Virus record (IMG/VR): IMGVR_UViG_3300030372_003828
Location: 1 to 30,733 of that record
DNA length: 30,733 bases
Direction: 5' to 3' (one strand)
From: a virus
Lineage: Duplodnaviria > Caudoviricetes
Positions 25,833 through 30,733 of the stretch are shown piece after piece (the stretch's first letter is position 1; each line of letters starts with the position of its first letter). Below the pieces are notes generated by a model, which saw only the letters and a program-made list of their open reading frames with translations, did not search any database and was not told where the DNA came from. The translations under genes were made by a program, and so were the position numbers.

Positions 25833-26156
25833 ATGAAAACAATAGAAGAAAAATATTATAACGGTAGGCAAAGCGTAGAATTTGAAGGAATATATCAGCA
25901 CCAGGAAAACAAACTAAAAATTGAAATTGATATAGATAGTTATGATTTTCAATCGAGTGCAAATATTTTTATATTTAATAAAAAAGATCTTAAATGGAAT
26001 AAAATATCTTCAATACACTATTCGCAAATGTCAAGTAAAGAAGTTTTCTATCAAAGAAAAGTTAAAATGAATGGGGAAGGTTTAAGACTTTTAGAAAAAG
26101 AATTAATATTAAAAGATATTAAAGAACTTAAAAATAAAGCAAAACGTATATTATGA
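25833..26156 (+). CDS. Early hypothetical protein
   Basis: ATG 25833 (MKTIEEKYY) with an A-rich leader is preferred over TTG 25812. Confidence 0.7.
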   Translation: MKTIEEKYYNGRQSVEFEGIYQHQENKLKIEIDIDSYDFQSSANIFIFNKKDLKWNKISSIHYSQMSSKEVFYQRKVKMNGEGLRLLEKELILKDIKELKNKAKRIL

Positions 26157-26953
26157 GAATATTAGTAGGTTGTGAAGAAAGCCAAGTAGTCACAAAAGAA
26201 TTAAGAAAACTTGGTCATGATGCGTACAGTTGTGATATATTAGATTGTAGTGGTGGTAAACCAGAATGGCATATAAAAGGTGATATATTGCCAATTTTAA
26301 AAAAAGATTGGGATATGCTTATAGCTTTTCCACCGTGTACTTATTTAGCAGTTAGTGGTGCAGCTTGGTTTTACCACCCAGACGATTTTGATCTTGATAT
26401 AAAAGATAGAAGACCACACCCAAAACACCCTAACAGAAAAAAATTTCGAAAAGATGCACTGAAATTTGTTACTGATTTAATGAACGCACCTATTGAAAGA
26501 ATAGCTATTGAAAATCCAATAGGTTCAATAAGTACGTATATTAGAAAACCTGATCAAATTATACAACCCTGGCAATTTGGAGATAAAGCACAAAAATCAA
26601 CTTGCTTATGGTTAAAGAATTTACCAAAATTAAAACCTACAAATATAGTTGAAAAAGGTGAGTTTTTTGAATGGATTGACAGTAGAAGTGGTAAGAAAAA
26701 AAGGCAGCCATTATGGTTTTACCAAGCTTTACAGAAAGCAAAAACACCTGAAGAAAGAAGAACCCTAAGAAGTAAAACTTTTCCAGGTATTGCTGAAGCA
26801 ATGGCAAAACAATGGACAAAAGGTAAATTTTTAAAACAACTAAATTTATTCGAAGAAGAAAAAAAATGTACTTTTAATTTTAATGATTGTGATAATTTAA
26901 AACACGATTTTTGTAATGATTGTGATGAAGGTGATAATTATGAAAAATTTTAA
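26153..26953 (+). CDS. C5-cytosine DNA methyltransferase-like protein
   Basis: Variant motif I (ILVGCEESQ), SCDI, GDI, catalytic FPPCT (motif IV), IENP (motif VI), QPWQFG, TCLWLKNLP and RSKTFPGIAEAMAKQW. Confidence 0.8.
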   Translation: MRILVGCEESQVVTKELRKLGHDAYSCDILDCSGGKPEWHIKGDILPILKKDWDMLIAFPPCTYLAVSGAAWFYHPDDFDLDIKDRRPHPKHPNRKKFRKDALKFVTDLMNAPIERIAIENPIGSISTYIRKPDQIIQPWQFGDKAQKSTCLWLKNLPKLKPTNIVEKGEFFEWIDSRSGKKKRQPLWFYQALQKAKTPEERRTLRSKTFPGIAEAMAKQWTKGKFLKQLNLFEEEKKCTFNFNDCDNLKHDFCNDCDEGDNYEKF

Positions 26954-26954
26954 A

Positions 26955-27218
26955 ATGGAAAAAGAAAAAAGAATTAAAATAGAAATCAGTTATATTGATA
27001 ATTTTGAAAAGTCTGGCAGATCTGTTTTATTAGATATTTTAACACAAATATCTGAAGACATACTTGAAAAAAATCTTATATATAATAGTGGATATATACC
27101 CAAAACTAAAAAAATTGGATCAACTTATAAATATTGTTTTTATAGGATTGAAAAAATCAATGATAAATTATGTTATGTTTATCCTTCAAAATTAGATTCA
27201 TGTAATCATAATTTTTAA
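26955..27218 (+). CDS. Hypothetical protein
   Basis: Start uncertain (26916, 26940 or 26955). Confidence 0.6.
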   Translation: MEKEKRIKIEISYIDNFEKSGRSVLLDILTQISEDILEKNLIYNSGYIPKTKKIGSTYKYCFYRIEKINDKLCYVYPSKLDSCNHNF

Positions 27219-27376
27219 ACTGAATAAAATAAATTTAACAATAGCTTTAAAACAAATAATATTTAATAAGTCTCTTTTCATAATTTTTTTTGCAAAAGTG
27301 ATATTTAAAACTTATAACATTTAGATATTAGAAAGCTTATAAAACAAAATAAACAGAAATACTAATAAATTAATAA

Positions 27377-27763
27377 ATGAAAACACTTAAAAAAATACCA
27401 GGAGTTGTTCAAATAATTAGAAACAATGAATTAAATAAAGAAAAACGAACAAAAATTAAAACTTATCAAAGAGTTTTTATAGCAAAATATTTAAGAGAAA
27501 ATGGTTATACGCTTCAAGAAATCGGAAAACTTTTAAACAGATCACATTCAACTATAATTTATTTTTTAGATATTTACGAATCTAAATTAAAAGATCCTAA
27601 ATTTAAAGATTCAGTTTATGAAATTTCTTTGGCTTTAGGCAATAATAAAATTTTTGACGATCCTGAAATTCAAAATATAAAAAATGCACTTTCAACTAAT
27701 GATTGTGAAAAACTAAAAAAAATAGTAACTGAAATTTATAACACGGTTACCAATATTAATTAA
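27377..27763 (+). CDS. HTH protein resembling DnaA domain IV
   Basis: RVFIAKYLRENGYTLQEIGKLLNRSHSTIIY resembles the DnaA signature SLxEIGxxFGGRDHTTV. Confidence 0.7.
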   Translation: MKTLKKIPGVVQIIRNNELNKEKRTKIKTYQRVFIAKYLRENGYTLQEIGKLLNRSHSTIIYFLDIYESKLKDPKFKDSVYEISLALGNNKIFDDPEIQNIKNALSTNDCEKLKKIVTEIYNTVTNIN

Positions 27764-27776
27764 ACTAAAACATAAC

Positions 27777-28343
27777 ATGAACAACAAAAAATCTTTTATT
27801 TTATATGCCGATATTTACAGTACATTAAAACTACTTACAGACAAAGATGCTGGTCGGCTTTTTAAGACTATTTTAAGCTACGTTAACGACGAAAACCCAG
27901 AAGTTGATGATCTTATACTGAAAGTTGCTTTTGAACCCATTAAACAACAATTAAAACGAGATCTTAAAATTTGGAAAAATAAAAAAAATGTTAGGGCTGA
28001 AGCTGGTAGAAAAGGTGGCTTGGCAAAAAGTAGCAATGCCAAGCAAAAGTTAGCAAAGTTACCTGTTACTGTTACTGATAGTGTAACTGTTAATATATCT
28101 AAAGATATATATAAGGCATTCAATCATTTATCTATTAGTAAAAAAGAATATTTAAAATTACTTGAAGACTATAAAAAAGAAAATATTGATGAAGTTCTTG
28201 AAAGTATTGAAAACTATAAAGACAATAAAAAATATAAATCTTTATATTTGACTGCTAAAAATTGGTTGAAGCGTGATTCTAAAAACGTAAAATTAAAATC
28301 TGATCCATTAGTTGAATACGTAAATACACAACTAAAAAAATGA
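27777..28343 (+). CDS. Putative replication initiator (DUF6291-like N-terminus)
   Basis: KSFILYAD...DAGRLFKTILSY...AFEPIKQQLKRD...AGRKGG; C-terminal YKSLYLTAKNWLKR; upstream of the helicase. Confidence 0.7.
   Translation: MNNKKSFILYADIYSTLKLLTDKDAGRLFKTILSYVNDENPEVDDLILKVAFEPIKQQLKRDLKIWKNKKNVRAEAGRKGGLAKSSNAKQKLAKLPVTVTDSVTVNISKDIYKAFNHLSISKKEYLKLLEDYKKENIDEVLESIENYKDNKKYKSLYLTAKNWLKRDSKNVKLKSDPLVEYVNTQLKK
28021..28113. repeat. Iteron-like repeats (candidate replication origin)
   Basis: Four 10-bp-period units TGGCAAAAAG/TAGCAATGCC/AAGCAAAAGT/TAGCAAAGTT, then GTTACT hexamers and an AT-rich inverted repeat. Confidence 0.5.
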
Positions 28344-29197
28344 TAATAAACAAAGGAAGTAACTTACAATATTTACAAAACTACAAAGAAGGTAAAATTA
28401 AGCTTGGTTTGGGTATTGGTTGTAAACTTGATGACTATTTAAGATTTAAAAGAAAACAACTTTGTATAATCCTGGGACATGATAACGTAGGTAAAACATA
28501 TTGGTTCATTTGGTATATGGTTTGTTTGGCAACTAAACACGGAATTAAATTTGCAATATGGAGTGGTGAAAATTCAAGTGGTCAAATATTGCGTGACATG
28601 ATCCAAATGTATAAAGGTAAACCATTTAAAACTTTATCTTTATCAGAAATACAAAATGCAAATGCTTACTTGGAGCAATTTTTTACATTTGTAGATAACA
28701 AAAAACTTTATAAACCAAAAGAACTTTTGGACATATTTAATGAAATAGATTGTGATGCGTGTTTTATTGATCCCTTCACTGGACTTGATCGAAACATGAC
28801 TTATGAAGGAAATTATAATTTTTTAAATATTAGCAGACAATTTTGTAACATAACTGGTAAAACAATTTACATATCTTCTCACCCAAATAGTGAAAGTGGA
28901 AGGAGTGGAAATTTATATCCTGAAAGCCATGAATGGGCTGGAATGTTGAAACCACCTTTAAAAGATCACATTGAAGGGGGTAAAAGTTTTTTAAACAGAT
29001 CAGACGACATGATCGTCATACACCGTTTAACTAAAAGCCCAACAATGAAATATGAAACAATGATAAGCACCGAAAAAATAAAGGATAAAGAAACCGGTGG
29101 TGCTTTGACTGAATTCAATATGCCGTTATTATTTAATTTTAATAATGGTTTAGGTTTCACAATCCAAAATAAAAACCCCTTAAAACAACAAACATGA
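28340..29197 (+). CDS. DnaB-like (SF4) replicative helicase
   Basis: Walker A GHDNVGKT, SGEN, Walker B CFIDP, SSHP, NRSDD and KIKD motifs. Confidence 0.85.
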   Translation: MIINKGSNLQYLQNYKEGKIKLGLGIGCKLDDYLRFKRKQLCIILGHDNVGKTYWFIWYMVCLATKHGIKFAIWSGENSSGQILRDMIQMYKGKPFKTLSLSEIQNANAYLEQFFTFVDNKKLYKPKELLDIFNEIDCDACFIDPFTGLDRNMTYEGNYNFLNISRQFCNITGKTIYISSHPNSESGRSGNLYPESHEWAGMLKPPLKDHIEGGKSFLNRSDDMIVIHRLTKSPTMKYETMISTEKIKDKETGGALTEFNMPLLFNFNNGLGFTIQNKNPLKQQT

Positions 29198-29508
29198 TAG
29201 AAATTATTAATGCAAAGTTAGGATTAAACAAAGTTTTTTTAAAAGCTCAATTAACACTCGAAGAACTTAAAGAAAAAACCCCTCATAAAAAACAACTGAT
29301 AAAAAGCCAGGAAGAAAGTCTTGATTTATTAGCTGAAGCCCAAGTAGTTTTTCACCGATTAGATACAAAAGTAATGGCATTGCAAAGTGATAACCACAGT
29401 AAAAACATTATTTTGCAGTCTGCATTTCTAAATATTGATGATCTAAAAGATGAAATAAAAGAACTTAAAAAAATAAACAAAAGATTATTAGAAGATGCCA
29501 CGTTGTAA
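29194..29508 (+). CDS. Coiled-coil hypothetical protein
   Basis: 104-aa helical ORF with ATGA overlap. Confidence 0.7.
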   Translation: MIEIINAKLGLNKVFLKAQLTLEELKEKTPHKKQLIKSQEESLDLLAEAQVVFHRLDTKVMALQSDNHSKNIILQSAFLNIDDLKDEIKELKKINKRLLEDATL

Positions 29509-30028
29509 AAAATGCAAAGAAAAATTTGAAGCTTTACACTTCAATCAAAAATACTGCACTCATAAAAAAGAATGTATTAATGAATGGATCAACATAGCAA
29601 AAGAAGTTCAATGGAAAAAGAAAAAAAGAAGGTTAAAAGAAGAACTTAAAACAACAAGCGACTATTTAAAAGAAGCCCAAAAATGGGTAAACAGATTTGT
29701 AAGACTACGTGACAAAGATAAAGGTTGTGTAAGTTGTGGTGTGCCTTTAGTTGGCAAGTATGACGCTGGTCACTTTTTTTCTGCTGGTGGTCATGGTTCG
29801 GTTCGTTTAAACCCTTTGAATATACACGCACAGTGTGTTTACTGCAATCAGTATGAACATGGCAACTTGTATAACTATCACAAAGAATTATTAAACAGAA
29901 TAGGCAGTGAAGCTTTTGAAAAATTAGAGAAGCAAAGCAAAGGAGTTCACAAGCACGACAAAGAAGAACTTAAAGAAATAATAAAAGAATACAAGAAAAA
30001 ATGCAAAGAAATAGAAAATAATGATTAA
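29495..30028 (+). CDS. ninG: NinG/Rap-family recombination endonuclease
   Basis: CKKC, AQKWVNRFVRLRD, CVSCG, DAGHF and NIHAQCVYCN motifs. Confidence 0.9.
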   Translation: MPRCKKCKEKFEALHFNQKYCTHKKECINEWINIAKEVQWKKKKRRLKEELKTTSDYLKEAQKWVNRFVRLRDKDKGCVSCGVPLVGKYDAGHFFSAGGHGSVRLNPLNIHAQCVYCNQYEHGNLYNYHKELLNRIGSEAFEKLEKQSKGVHKHDKEELKEIIKEYKKKCKEIENND

Positions 30029-30033
30029 CTTTG
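30026..30033 (+). promoter_or_regulatory. Bacteroidota -7 promoter box (TAACTTTG) for the recombination operon
   Basis: Exact TAnnTTTG match 28 nt upstream of ATG 30062. Confidence 0.55.
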
Positions 30034-30061
30034 AACAATTATAAACAATAAAAACAAGTAT

Positions 30062-30643
30062 ATGAGCAAAACAACTGATAAGGTAATTGCCTTAAAACAA
30101 GCAGAAGAACAAACTGCAAAAACAAATCAAAGAACAAAAGTAAATTTAAAAACTGTAAACATAAAGGGAAAGCCCTATGTTACAGTTGATGAACGTCTAA
30201 TTTATTTCCGGGATCATTACCCTAACTATTCTTTAGTTAGCGAAGTAATTGAAAAAACTGAAGATTCAATTCTTATCAAAGCAATTATATTAGATGAAAA
30301 AAATAGAATAATTGCAACTGGTCTGGCTGAAGAAGAAAAAGGAAGTAACTATATAAACAAAACCTCTTATGTTGAGAATTGTGAAACATCTGCTTGGGGA
30401 AGGGCTTTAGCAAATTTTGGTATTGGTATTGATGCTGGTAGTGTGGCAAGTGCTGAAGAAGTTATTAATGCTATTAACAATCAAAATAAAGGGCAAAACG
30501 TTAAATTTAAAAAAGGTTCTTTAACAGATATACAATTTCAAAGAGCAATACAAAGTATTAAAGAAGGTAGTTATACCAAAGAACAATTGCTAAAAACATT
30601 TAAATTAAATACACAACAAACTAAAAAACTAACATCATGCTAA
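30062..30643 (+). CDS. Putative single-strand annealing protein (Rad52/Sak/Erf-like), allele B
   Basis: IKGKPYVTVDERL, ATGLAEE and ENCETSAWGRAL motifs; directly upstream of the exonuclease and SSB genes. Confidence 0.7.
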   Translation: MSKTTDKVIALKQAEEQTAKTNQRTKVNLKTVNIKGKPYVTVDERLIYFRDHYPNYSLVSEVIEKTEDSILIKAIILDEKNRIIATGLAEEEKGSNYINKTSYVENCETSAWGRALANFGIGIDAGSVASAEEVINAINNQNKGQNVKFKKGSLTDIQFQRAIQSIKEGSYTKEQLLKTFKLNTQQTKKLTSC

Positions 30644-30733
30644 AAATAAGATGTTCACAGATTGGCAAAATAATGACCAATCCAAGATCTAAAAAAGAAA
30701 CATTGTCAAACACAACAAAGGGTTATTTGAAAG
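30380..30733. repeat. Imperfect terminal direct repeat, copy 2 (includes the 5' end of the exonuclease gene from 30637)
   Basis: Matches 1-363 with a diverged core. Confidence 0.95.

Noticed and set aside
27197-27206. TTCATGTAAT as a fifth late-promoter copy
   Set aside because: Lacks the ACG of the CGTT core, lies inside an ORF and has no start codon at the expected position.
2832-29831. Minus-strand ORFs in the track (e.g. 2832-3047, 4662-4976, 11367-11714, 12747-13163, 15683-16063, 22213-22613)
   Set aside because: All are antisense shadows of well-supported + strand genes, with low-complexity Ser/Phe/Leu composition and no motifs.
1-30733. Prophage/lysogeny module, tRNAs, CRISPR arrays, introns, stop-codon recoding
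   Set aside because: No integrase, repressor, cloverleaf or spaced direct repeats were seen. Genes tile densely in the standard code.

Overview
The window appears to be an essentially complete ~30.4 kb AT-rich tailed (siphovirus-like) phage genome. Nearly all genes are on the + strand and no integrase or repressor is recognisable. TAnnTTTG promoter boxes and A-rich starts without Shine-Dalgarno sites point to a Bacteroidota (Flavobacteria-type) host. The two ends overlap (1-363 vs 30380-30733) but carry two divergent alleles of the same gene end. Gene order: recombination/SSB, ECF-like sigma factor, a ParB + FkbM-methyltransferase + TET/JBP-dioxygenase cassette attached to the terminase genes, tail, head, portal, receptor-binding, lysis, early genes, a C5-cytosine methyltransferase-like gene, and replication. 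The best candidate for a new system is DNA base modification by TET/JBP plus an FkbM O-methyltransferase with no glycosyltransferase. Other signals: a 15-bp late-promoter motif present four times, two promoter-terminator micro-units antisense to early-gene start regions, and a -1 frameshift gene with about 88 codons coding in both frames. All product calls come from motif recognition by eye; no database search was run.
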